Part shown: one piece after another, positions 44,779 through 54,366 of the stretch
Numbering within the stretch: the first letter of the stretch is position 1
Layout of the letters: the number at the start of each line of letters is the position of its first letter
Assembly: GCA_963422645.2 (NCBI GenBank)
Contig: CAXXVO010000018.1
Coordinates: forward strand, 1-64,000
Source of the DNA: Alphaproteobacteria bacterium
Lineage (GTDB): Bacteria; Pseudomonadota; Alphaproteobacteria; UBA828
DNA length: 64,000 nt
Direction: 5' to 3'
Program-made: the position numbers and the translations under genes
The notes under the pieces: generated by a model
Databases searched by the model: none
What the model saw: the letters and a program-made list of their open reading frames with translations, nothing else
Told to the model about the DNA's origin: nothing

Positions 44779-46316
44779 CAGTGTCGCGCTGGCACGAGGA
44801 CCTCGCTGCCCACGACGAGGCCTTCGCGTGCCTGCAGGACCTTTTCACCCCACAATCCTTCGCAATGACCGCCGTCAAAGCCATTCGGGAATGGGGCCAG
44901 AGGTTGCTGCGCCTGAGCGCGGCCCTGGTCAAGGAGAACGACGCGCTGGAGCGGGAGAACGCCCGCTTGCGCGAGCGGATCGCCGAACTCGAGCGCAGCG
45001 CCGCGCTCGACAGCACCACCAGCTCCAAGCCGCCGGCCAGCGACGGTCTGAAGAAGAAGAGCGGTGACCGGGAGAAGCGCACCCGGAGCCAGCGCGGCAA
45101 GTCCGACAGGCCCAGTGGCGGCCAGCCGGGCCACAAGGGAACTACCCTGGAGCGGACCGCGACGCCCGACCATGTCGTCGATCATGATCCGTCCGCCTGT
45201 GAGGGCTGCGGCGCGCCGCTGTCGGACGCTGACCGTCACGGAGCCCCCGTCTGCCGGCAGGTCTTCGATGTGCCCGAGCCGCAGCCCCTCGAGGTCACCG
45301 AACATCGCGGCCATCGTTGCCTCTGCGCTGCCTGCGGCACCGTGACGACAGCCGTCTTCCCGAACGGCGTGAGCGCACCGGTCCAATACGGGCCGCGCAT
45401 CACCGCGTGGGTGACCTACCTGCTGCACGCTCAGTTCATTCCCGAGAAGCGGGTCGCCGAGGTCATGAGCGACCGCTTCGCGGTCAAGCTCTCAACAGCC
45501 ACCATCGTCGCCATGGGAAGGCGCACCGCCCGGCGCTTCGAGGGCTTCCTCGATCGCCTCGCGGAGATCATCCGCACCGCAGCCCCAGTCAAACACCTCG
45601 ACGAGACCGGCATCCGCATCGCCGCCCGGACCCATTGGCTCCATGTGCTGTGCACCCCGTTGCTCACCATCCTGCGCGTCGCCACCGGGCGCAGCCACAT
45701 CGACGAGAAGCTCAACGGCATCGTCATCCATGACGACTACGCCACCTACTTCGCTCTCGAGGGCGTGCGCCACGGGGCCTGCAACGCCCATCACCTGCGC
45801 GAGCTCCAAGCCCTCATCGAGATCGAGAAGGAAGACTGGGCAACGAGCACGCACCGGCTCCTCATCCGTGCCAACAGAGCCGCCCGCTTCGCCCACAAGA
45901 ACGACCGCGACGTGCCCGCCTCACTGGTGGCCCGCATCTCGCGAGCCTGGGACCGCATCCTCGAACGTGCCATCGCCTCTCACGAAGAAATGCCACCGCT
46001 CCAGACCGGAAAGCGCGGACGACAAAAGCGCCGCATCGGTCACAACCTCGCCCTCCGACTCCAGAAGTACAAGGAGGGGTGCCTGCGCTTCCTCACCGAT
46101 CCGCGAACCCCCTTCTCCAACAACGAGGCCGAGCGCGACCTCCGAATGGGCAAGCTGCGCCAGAAAATCTCAGGCGGCTTCCGCTCGATACAAGGCGCCC
46201 GCGACTTCGCAAACCTGCGATCCGTCATCGCCACCGCTCGAAAACAGCGCTGGAATGTCCTCGAAACCCTGGCGCACCCCGATCCAATCCAGCTGATCCC
46301 CGTATTGCGCTTCTGA
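44775..46316 (+). CDS. IS66 transposase TnpC
   Basis: SSKPPASD, HLDETG, CNAHHLREL, NNEAERDLR. Confidence 0.9.
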   Translation: MTVSRWHEDLAAHDEAFACLQDLFTPQSFAMTAVKAIREWGQRLLRLSAALVKENDALERENARLRERIAELERSAALDSTTSSKPPASDGLKKKSGDREKRTRSQRGKSDRPSGGQPGHKGTTLERTATPDHVVDHDPSACEGCGAPLSDADRHGAPVCRQVFDVPEPQPLEVTEHRGHRCLCAACGTVTTAVFPNGVSAPVQYGPRITAWVTYLLHAQFIPEKRVAEVMSDRFAVKLSTATIVAMGRRTARRFEGFLDRLAEIIRTAAPVKHLDETGIRIAARTHWLHVLCTPLLTILRVATGRSHIDEKLNGIVIHDDYATYFALEGVRHGACNAHHLRELQALIEIEKEDWATSTHRLLIRANRAARFAHKNDRDVPASLVARISRAWDRILERAIASHEEMPPLQTGKRGRQKRRIGHNLALRLQKYKEGCLRFLTDPRTPFSNNEAERDLRMGKLRQKISGGFRSIQGARDFANLRSVIATARKQRWNVLETLAHPDPIQLIPVLRF

Positions 46317-46950
46317 AATCCTGCGCTGCTCCGGGAAAGCGCCGCCTGACCCCTGGCTGGTCAGAACCATCAATCCATCACGTCCGAGTGCTCGGCAGAA
46401 TCAGACCTGGGCAGTTACTGAAAATCGGTGCCCGTCGCGCGGGCGGACTTCGGGCCACATCGGGGTAGCTTACCGGTCGCAGTCCGCAAGAGGGCATCGT
46501 GAGCTGTGAAACCCGGCGACCCCAGAGGAGCACACGGGCGTCGCGTGGGTAGCGTTGTGCCGAATCCCAGAGAATTTTCACAGCAAGAACCTGGGCAGTT
46601 ACGAAATGTTTGGGCCGGAGAACCTCTGCGCCCAACTAACCGTTCTCAAGACAGCCGGACAGAGTGCGGAGTTAATTGCTGGAACGGCAGACTTCGTGCT
46701 CTGGTATGCCAGAAAAAGACCAAGTGTGAAGTTTCGGACTCCTCTCATATACAAGTCCTTAGATACCGACAAAGCCGGCGTTTATCGTTGGGTTCGCAAG
46801 TTGGATGGATCCGTACGGCAACTCTCAAGAGAAGAACGCTTTAACGGCCGCACAGAAAACGTATTCAGGTACGATAACCTTACTTCCCAACGACCTCCCG
46901 GCGATTTCCCAGTGGAGGTCGATGGCAAGACTTACAGGTCGGGGAAAGGA

Positions 46951-49025
46951 TCAGACTTCCTGACCTCGTGATGCTGGCTGTTCTGGGCAGCGTGCCGGGA
47001 ACTCCTTGAATTCTGATACATTTCGGTTGTTTCAGGCGGTTTTTCGCTGGGTGTCGCGCCCGAGGTCTGATATTATAATTTGATACCAATTGCACGGTCT
47101 CAACCATGCCCAGTACCCTCCCAATGTGCCCTCCAGAGGCGGTCTCGATCGGCAACAGCTGCTTCGCCGTCCTGATCTCGGACGACACCTTCACCTACTT
47201 TTCCAACCTCATTCCCTTTGACAGCCACGCCGCCGATGACCGCACGGCCATGCTCTTGCGGATCGGCCGCCTCGCGGCGATCAGCGCGGTCTCGCCGCAG
47301 GAACTGGCTGACGCTTTCGCTGTCTCGCGCGCGACGGTGCAGCGCGCACGACGGCGCTACCTGGCCGAGGGCGAAGCGGGGTTCATGAAGCCCCGGCGCG
47401 GTCGCGGGCCGTCGGTGTTCACTCCGGAGTTGGCGGAGAAGGCGACGGCGTTGCTGGCATCGGGCCTGAGCGGCTCTGCGGCGGCCCGGGTTCTCGGCGT
47501 GTCAGCGCCATCGGTCAACAAGTGGCGCCGTCAGGGACTGATCGGCAACACGGAGGCGGATGGGGAGCCCGGACGCTCAGCGCTGGCTGCGCCGCCTGAC
47601 GCGGGTGCGGCTCCTGAAGGCCGTGTCGATGAAGAGAGTACCGGTGCCCCGGGGCCGGAGACGGCGCCGGGGCTGGAAGCGCAGCCGCAAACGGATCGCA
47701 GCGCGCGCGATCGGCGGGACCGGCAGGCGCCGATGGGGCGTGCGACTTGCGATGTTCCGGCTCGGGTTCTGGCCAGTTGTGGACAGGCGGGGCCGGTCGA
47801 ACCGCAGTTCGCCGCCGCCGCCCGCGGTGTCCGCTTCGGCGGCGTGCTCGCCGCCCTGCCGGCCCTGCTGAAGGAAGGTCTTCTCTCCGAGACCGGTCTC
47901 CTGCCATTGCTGCCGAAGGGCTATTACGGCTTGCCTACGATCCTGCTCTTCCTGGCCTTCATGACCTTGGCGCGGGTGCGCAACCCCGAGAGCCTGCGCT
48001 ACCAGGCGCCGGGCGAATGGGGCGCCATTCTCGGCCTCGATCGCTGCCCCGAGGTCAAGACGCTGCGCCGCAAGATCGCTCTCATCGCCGACGACGAGGC
48101 CGGCGTGCGGGCGTGGCAGCTCGCCCTTGCCAGGCGCTGGCAGGCGCCGACGAGCCGGAGCTCTGGGCGACGCTGGCCATCGACGGGCACGTCAAGGTCT
48201 ACTCCGGCCGCAAGGGGCGCTTGCCCAAGCACTTCGTCTCGCGCGAGAAGCTGTGCCTGCCGGCGAGCGCCAGCTACTGGATCAACGCTCTGGGCGGCAA
48301 GCCGCTGCTCTGTCTGCACAAGCCGCTGGACCCGAAGATGGTCGCGGCCATCGAAGCCGACGTGGTGCCGGCGCTGCAGGAGCTTGGGATCGTTGGCGCC
48401 GGGGCGCCGGACCTGACCGCCGAGCATCCCGGCCAGCCGGCGCTCACCCTGGTCTTCGACCGCGAGGGCTGGAGCCCGGATCTGTTCCGCCGGCTGGCGA
48501 GGCGCGGCGTCGCCTGCCTGACCTGGCACAAGAACTTCAGGGGCGAGGACTGGCCGGCCGAGGACTTCGGCGCGATGACCGTTCCCATTCACGGACCGGC
48601 GGCGGACGGCAGCGCCACCATGCGGCTGGCTGAGAAGCCGGTGACGTTGCCGAACGGCTTCAGGGTGCGCCAGATCCGCCGCCTGCTCGACAACGGCCGT
48701 CAGGTGCCGCTGATCACCACCGATCCGCACAAGCCGATGGCTGAGGTTGCGGGCGCCATGTTCTCGCGCTGGTCGCAGGAGAACTTCTTCAAGTACATGC
48801 GTGACGAGTTCAATCTCGACGCCCTGCCGACCCACGAGCTCGAGCCTCTCGATTGACAGGTACTGGGCATGGTTGAGACCGTGCAATTGGTATCAAATTA
48901 TAATATCAGACCTCGGGCGCGACACCCAGCGAAAAACCGCCTGAAACAACCGAAATGTATCAGAATTCAAGGAGTTCCCGGCACGCTGCCCAGAACAGCC
49001 AGCATCACGAGGTCAGGAAGTCTGA
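46951..49025 (+). mobile_element. Copy 2 of the unclassified IS, truncated near 48853 and closed by an inverted left end (about 48859-49025)
   Basis: Near-identical to 41493-43398; 48859-49025 is the reverse complement of its first ~167 bp. Confidence 0.85.
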
Positions 49026-49087
49026 TGTTTGGCGAAATCATCGTTGTCCCTGTCCTCTGGATTGATCGCGCCGGAGTCCTGGGGCAT
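49026..49087 (-). pseudogene. 5' stub of a divergent gene truncated by the IS end
   Basis: GAGGAGG RBS followed by MPQDSGAINPEDRDNDDFAK, which runs into the IS. Confidence 0.45.
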
Positions 49088-49303
49088 ATAGGGGACCTCC
49101 TCAATGTGACGTCGAATTTGGAGGCGTGCCACAGAGCATCAGGCAATCCATCGAGGCCACAAAGGACATCAAGTGCGAGTATTGGAGAAGTCTTGTGATA
49201 AGTATTCGCCTTTGTTTCTCGCAGTAAGTTCTACAACTCCAAGACCATAATTGACAGTTTTAGTGATTTATTGGTAATATCGGAAGACAAGTGGGAGGAC
49301 CGC

Positions 49304-50356
49304 ATGAACACAGTTTTGCGTAAAGTCGTAATTGCGTCGGGCGCCGCCGTATTCGGTGTCGCAGGCGTCTTGCTAACGCAACCCGCTTCGGCGGAAGGCC
49401 AGCTCAACGTCTACAACTGGGGCGATTACATCAACCCAGAGGTGCTGACCCGGTTCACCGAGGACACCGGAATCGAGGTGACCCTCGACACCTACGGCAC
49501 CAATGAGGAAATGCTGGCGAAAATTCAGGCCGGCGCGACAGGTTACGACATCGTCTTCCCGTCGGTTCACATGCGCGACATCATGCAGAAGCTCGGGTTG
49601 CTACACGACGCAAAGGTCAACACGCTTCAGGGATTCGAGAACATCGACCCGGTCGCCAAGCGGTCCAGCGTCGACCCCGAGAGCTCATTTTGCTTGCCTT
49701 ATGCCTGGGGTGCGGTCGGCATCTTCTACAACAAGGAAGAAGCCGGCGAGCTCACCTCTTGGGAGGACTTCTTTGCGCTGCCTGACAGGGGCAAGAAGAT
49801 CACCATGCTCGACGACTTGCGCGAGACCATTGGTGTTGCCCTCATCAAGAATGGCCACTCCGTGAACACGGCGGATTCGGATGCTCTCAAGCAGGCCGAG
49901 GCCTGGCTGCTCGAGCGCAAGGACAAGATTTCGGCGTTTACCTACGACATCGTGCCGCTCGTTCAGGCCGGTGACATCGCGGCAGCGCACTGGTACGTGG
50001 GCGCGACCATCTACACGCTCCAGGAGCCCGACCGGCTCGGCTTCGTGATCCCGGAAGAAGGCGCGACGATGTACCAGGAGGACATTTGCGTTCTCAAGAC
50101 TGCGCCGAACAAGGAGAGCGCGATTCGCTTCTTCGAGTTCTACCTCCAGCCCGAGATTGCCGCTCTCAACACGCTCCAGCAGGTCAACGGCACGGCCAAT
50201 GTGCCTGCGCGCGATCTCCTGCCGCCTGAGCTGAAGGAAAATCCGAACACCAATCCTCCGCCCGAGGTGATGGCAAAGCTTCAGATCTTTACGGATCTCG
50301 GCAAGGATCTGCGCAAGTACAATCGCGTCTGGACCAAGGTGCGCACGGCCCAGTAG
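49304..50356 (+). CDS. Polyamine ABC substrate-binding protein (PotD/PotF family)
   Basis: LNVYNWGDYI, NEEMLAK, GYDIVFPS, PYAWG, IPEEG. Confidence 0.88.
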   Translation: MNTVLRKVVIASGAAVFGVAGVLLTQPASAEGQLNVYNWGDYINPEVLTRFTEDTGIEVTLDTYGTNEEMLAKIQAGATGYDIVFPSVHMRDIMQKLGLLHDAKVNTLQGFENIDPVAKRSSVDPESSFCLPYAWGAVGIFYNKEEAGELTSWEDFFALPDRGKKITMLDDLRETIGVALIKNGHSVNTADSDALKQAEAWLLERKDKISAFTYDIVPLVQAGDIAAAHWYVGATIYTLQEPDRLGFVIPEEGATMYQEDICVLKTAPNKESAIRFFEFYLQPEIAALNTLQQVNGTANVPARDLLPPELKENPNTNPPPEVMAKLQIFTDLGKDLRKYNRVWTKVRTAQ

Positions 50357-50379
50357 CAAGCCATTCAAATCGGCGCACG

Positions 50380-51543
50380 GTGGCGACAGGCCTGAGTCCG
50401 TCATCGGGAATGAGCGGCGCCGGATCGCCCACTTCGGGCGATCCGGTGGCCGAGGTGTTCGATGCCGTAAAGCGCTTCGCTGCGCCCGAAGGCGGCACGG
50501 TGACCGCGCTGGACGAGGTCTCCCTAGCGGTCAGCGCCGGTGAGTTCGTGACCCTGCTCGGCCCGTCGGGCTGTGGCAAGACGACCCTGCTGCGCTGCAT
50601 CAGCGGCTTTGAAGACCTCGATTCCGGCGAAGTGCGCATCGCTGGGGAGTTGATGACCGGGGTGCCGGCGCAGCACCGGCCGGTCAACACCGTATTTCAG
50701 ACCTACGCGCTCTTTCCACATCTACGCGTGGAAGCCAACGTCGCCTACGGCCTCGAGGTCACGGGCGTGCCACGGCGCGAGCGCACGCTACGCGTGGCCC
50801 AGGCCCTGGAGCAGGTCGGACTCCAGGGCCTGGAACGCCGCAAGCCGGACCAGTTGTCGGGCGGGCAGCGTCAGCGCGTCGCGCTGGCGCGCGCCATCAT
50901 CAACCGGCCCAAGCTTCTGCTGCTCGACGAGCCCTTGTCGGCGCTCGACCGCAACCTGCGGCATTCGATGCAGCTCGAGCTCAAGATCCTGCAGCACGAG
51001 CTCGGGATCTGCTTCCTCTTCGTCACCCATGACCAGGAGGAAGCGCTGACGATGTCGGACCGCATCGTCGTCCTGAACCACGGCAGGATCGAGCAGATCG
51101 GGACGCCAGAGCAGCTCTATCACACGCCGGCCACGACCTTCGTCGCCCAGTTCATCGGCGACGGGGCCCTTTTCACCGGCTCGGTCGAAGGCGGCCCGGA
51201 CCCGGCGCTCGTGACCGATGACGGTCTGCGACTCGCGGTTCGCGACGGCGTACCGGCCGGGTGCAGGATGACGATGCTGCTGCGCCCCGAGCAGCTCGGC
51301 GGAGCGCCTGCGGGCGCGGACCCCGCGTTCGGCGTCGTGGAGGCGACGCTCGAACAGTCGGTCTTTTACGGCGCGACGCGCCAGCTGGTTTGCCGGCTCG
51401 GCAACGGTGCCGCCATCACGGTCACGCCCAACCCGGGCGGCGCTGACGAAGAGCTCTTCCGGGCGCAACCCGGCGACCCGCTCAGGCTCGCCTACCTGCG
51501 CACGGAACCGCATCTGATCGAGGAAGCGCCCGATGGCGCTTAG
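50380..51543 (+). CDS. Polyamine ABC ATP-binding protein (PotA family)
   Basis: GPSGCGKT, RPVNTVFQ, LSGGQRQR, THDQEEA. Confidence 0.88.
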   Translation: MATGLSPSSGMSGAGSPTSGDPVAEVFDAVKRFAAPEGGTVTALDEVSLAVSAGEFVTLLGPSGCGKTTLLRCISGFEDLDSGEVRIAGELMTGVPAQHRPVNTVFQTYALFPHLRVEANVAYGLEVTGVPRRERTLRVAQALEQVGLQGLERRKPDQLSGGQRQRVALARAIINRPKLLLLDEPLSALDRNLRHSMQLELKILQHELGICFLFVTHDQEEALTMSDRIVVLNHGRIEQIGTPEQLYHTPATTFVAQFIGDGALFTGSVEGGPDPALVTDDGLRLAVRDGVPAGCRMTMLLRPEQLGGAPAGADPAFGVVEATLEQSVFYGATRQLVCRLGNGAAITVTPNPGGADEELFRAQPGDPLRLAYLRTEPHLIEEAPDGA

Positions 51544-52417
51544 GCGCGACAGGTCCCGGCTGGCATTTCTGCTCGGACCCGTCAGCCTGTTCCTCGGCAC
51601 ATGTTTCGTCGGCCCGCTCGCGGTGATGATTATCTTCAGTTTTCTGGAGCCCGGGCTCTACGGCGGCGTCGAATGGAACCTTTATCACTGGAATTTCGGA
51701 CGCATTCTCGGCTGGGCCGATGGCGAATGGGAGGATTTCGACTGGGTTTATGCCGAGATCTTTGCGCGTTCGGCCCGGCTCGCCCTGTTCAATGTGCTGA
51801 TCACTCTCGTGATCTGCTACCCCGCGGCGCTCTGGGTGCGCAGCCTGTCGCGGCGGTGGCGTCTGTTTGTCGTGTTCTTGATCACGCTGCCCTTCTTCAT
51901 CAGCCTGGTAATACGACTCTTTGCCTGGGTGCTGATTCTCCGCCCCACCGGGTTTCTCAATTCCAGCCTGCTCGGCCTCGGCCTGATTTCGGAGCCGTTC
52001 GACATCATCTTCACGGAGACAGCCGTGCTCATCGGCATGGCCTACATCTTGCTACCCTTCATGTTCCTGCCGGTCTATGCGTCCGTGGAGAAGCTGGATC
52101 GTTCGCTCGTCGAAGTTTCGTCGGACCTAGGCGCGAGCTCGTTCCAGACCTTCTGTCGAGTGACGGTGCCGCTGACGCTGCCGGGCATCGCGGCCGGTTC
52201 CGTCCTAGTGTTCATCCCCAGCCTCGGCAACTTCATCGTTCCCGACCTGCTGGGCGGCGCCAAGGTCATGATGATCGGCAACCTGATCGAGCAGCAATTC
52301 CTGTCCGCGCGCAACTGGCCCTTCGGTGCGGCGCTGTCGGTCATGATGATGGCCGTCATGTTTCTGCTTATTCTCATCTACTTGCGGCGCATCGGCCGGA
52401 TGCAGACCAGGCCATGA
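51533..52417 (+). CDS. Polyamine ABC permease (PotB family)
   Basis: LPFMFLPVY, DLGAS, NWPFGAALS. Confidence 0.88.
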   Translation: MALRRDRSRLAFLLGPVSLFLGTCFVGPLAVMIIFSFLEPGLYGGVEWNLYHWNFGRILGWADGEWEDFDWVYAEIFARSARLALFNVLITLVICYPAALWVRSLSRRWRLFVVFLITLPFFISLVIRLFAWVLILRPTGFLNSSLLGLGLISEPFDIIFTETAVLIGMAYILLPFMFLPVYASVEKLDRSLVEVSSDLGASSFQTFCRVTVPLTLPGIAAGSVLVFIPSLGNFIVPDLLGGAKVMMIGNLIEQQFLSARNWPFGAALSVMMMAVMFLLILIYLRRIGRMQTRP

Positions 52418-53235
52418 AAGTGCGGCTGAGGCGGCGCCTTTTCAGCACGTATGGCGTGCTCTTCCTGGTGTTCGTTTACGCGCCGATCGTGATGATCGTC
52501 GCGTTCTCGTTCAATTCCAACCCGATCAACATGATGATTTGGTCGGGTTTCACGTTCGACTGGTACTGGACGATTTTCGGCTATCCGACGCAGTTGAACG
52601 AGCAGACGCTCTACGTCGAATCGACCGATCAGCTGCTTGCCGCGGTCAAGAACAGTCTCGTCGTCGCCGCCTTCACCACGTCGATTTCGACGGTGCTGGG
52701 CACCATGACCGCGCTGGCGCTCTATCGCTATCGCTTCCGTGCGCAGCGCTTTTATCAGGGCCTGCTCTACATGCCGATGGTGATGCCCGACATCGTTCTG
52801 GGGATCGCCCTGCTCGTATTCTTCGTCAGTATCGGCATGTCGCTCGGGCTGGTTTCGATCATCATCGGGCACTGCACCTTCCTGATCTCCTACGTCTTCG
52901 TCGTCGTCAGCGCCCGGCTTGCCGGCATGGACAACACGCTGGAGGAAGCGTCCGCGGACCTCGGCGCCAGCGAATGGGTCACCTTCCGCCGCGTCACACT
53001 GCCGCATATCCTGCCGGGCGTGGTCGGCGGTGCGTTGCTCGCCTTCATCATCTCCATGGACGATCTGGTGATCACCTACTTCATCGCCGGTGTGGATTCG
53101 ACCACGTTGCCCCTCTTTATCTACGGTATGCTGCGGCGCGGGGTGAAACCGCAGATCAATGCCATTGCAACACTGATGCTGTTGTTTACCTTCATTATCG
53201 CCTCGCTCGGCCTCTACCTGCGTCGGCGAAGCTGA
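52414..53235 (+). CDS. Polyamine ABC permease (PotC family)
   Basis: YAPI..FSFN, EEASADLGAS, TTLPL, PQINA; ATGA overlap with the previous permease. Confidence 0.88.
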   Translation: MKVRLRRRLFSTYGVLFLVFVYAPIVMIVAFSFNSNPINMMIWSGFTFDWYWTIFGYPTQLNEQTLYVESTDQLLAAVKNSLVVAAFTTSISTVLGTMTALALYRYRFRAQRFYQGLLYMPMVMPDIVLGIALLVFFVSIGMSLGLVSIIIGHCTFLISYVFVVVSARLAGMDNTLEEASADLGASEWVTFRRVTLPHILPGVVGGALLAFIISMDDLVITYFIAGVDSTTLPLFIYGMLRRGVKPQINAIATLMLLFTFIIASLGLYLRRRS

Positions 53236-53239
53236 AGGG

Positions 53240-54334
53240 GTGATCGACATGCCCAAGCCGCGCGGGCGCGATCTTGGCCTGCCCTTCCCCGGAGAGACCG
53301 GCCGCTACAACGCGATCACGGACGTTCCCGGCGTCGAGGTCGGTTTCACCACGAGGATCGAGGGCGAGGGACCGCTGATCAAAGGACAGGGCCCGGTCCG
53401 CACCGGCGTGACCGCCATCCTGCCCCTCGGCCGGCAGTCCACGCCCGAGCCGGTCTGGGCCGGCATGTACGCTCTCAACGGCAACGGCGAGATGACCGGA
53501 ACCCACTGGATCCGCGATGGCGGCTATCTCGTCGGTCCGGTCTGCATCACCAACACCCACAGTGTCGGGATCGTCCATCACGCGGCAACGAGATGGATGA
53601 TCCGGACCTATGCCGAGGCCTGGCGGAACGAGCACCTCTGGGCCATGCCCGTCGTTGCCGAGACCTATGACGGCGTCCTGAACGACATCAACGGCCAGCA
53701 TGTCACCGAAGCGGACGCCCTCGCGGCACTCGACAGCGCGACCTCCGGCGCCGTGCCTGAGGGCAATGTGGGCGGCGGCACCGGCATGATCTGCTACGAA
53801 TTCAAGGGTGGCACCGGCACGGCCTCACGGCGGCTCGAGATCGACGACACGGCGTTCCATGTTGGCGCCCTGGTGCAGGCCAATCACGGCATCAGGCCCT
53901 GGTTCACGGTGCTCGGCCGCCGGCTTGGCCCGCGCATGCCGGAAGGCCGCCTGCTCGACAAGGAGCAGGGCTCGATCATTGCGATTCTCGCGACCGACCT
54001 GCCCCTGGCACCGCACCAGCTCACGCGGCTGGCGAAGCGTGCGGCGATCGCTATCGGACGCGGCGGGACACCAGGCGGCAACAACTCGGGCGACATCTTT
54101 CTCGCGTTCAGCACGGCGAACCGCGGCCCGCTGCCTCAGCTTGCCGCCTTGCGGCGCGACTTCGTCATGATCAACGACGAAGCCTTCGATCCAATCTATC
54201 TCGCGGCCGTCGAGGCCATCGAGGAGGCTGTGGTGAACGCCATGCTCGCAGCCGACGACATGACCACGGTGCGCCCCGCCGGCCACGTCTGCCGCGCCCT
54301 CGACGGACACCGGCTGATGGCGCTCATGGCGTAG
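53240..54334 (+). CDS. DmpA/P1-family (S58) aminopeptidase
   Basis: NAITDVPGVEVG, NGNGEMTG, GGGTGM, KGGTGT, GSII autoprocessing site, SGDIFLAFST. Confidence 0.9.
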   Translation: MIDMPKPRGRDLGLPFPGETGRYNAITDVPGVEVGFTTRIEGEGPLIKGQGPVRTGVTAILPLGRQSTPEPVWAGMYALNGNGEMTGTHWIRDGGYLVGPVCITNTHSVGIVHHAATRWMIRTYAEAWRNEHLWAMPVVAETYDGVLNDINGQHVTEADALAALDSATSGAVPEGNVGGGTGMICYEFKGGTGTASRRLEIDDTAFHVGALVQANHGIRPWFTVLGRRLGPRMPEGRLLDKEQGSIIAILATDLPLAPHQLTRLAKRAAIAIGRGGTPGGNNSGDIFLAFSTANRGPLPQLAALRRDFVMINDEAFDPIYLAAVEAIEEAVVNAMLAADDMTTVRPAGHVCRALDGHRLMALMA

Positions 54335-54366
54335 GCCGACCCGTCGCGTCGGCAGCTGAGCGTCCC

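Larger units (their letters stand above)
41384..46602 (+). mobile_element. Hybrid IS66 composite inserted in mod
   Basis: GTAACTACCCAGG left end; two right ends (46418 and 46602); 8-bp duplication GAAATGTT at 41376-41383 and 46603-46610. Confidence 0.85.
40623..46950 (+). pseudogene. Type III RM Mod methyltransferase, fragments 40623-41383 and 46611-46950; remainder absent from the window
   Basis: LDPQLVWRGK, GDSLQVM, YIDPPYG; frame continues MDEM|FGPEN across the GAAATGTT duplication. Confidence 0.88.
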
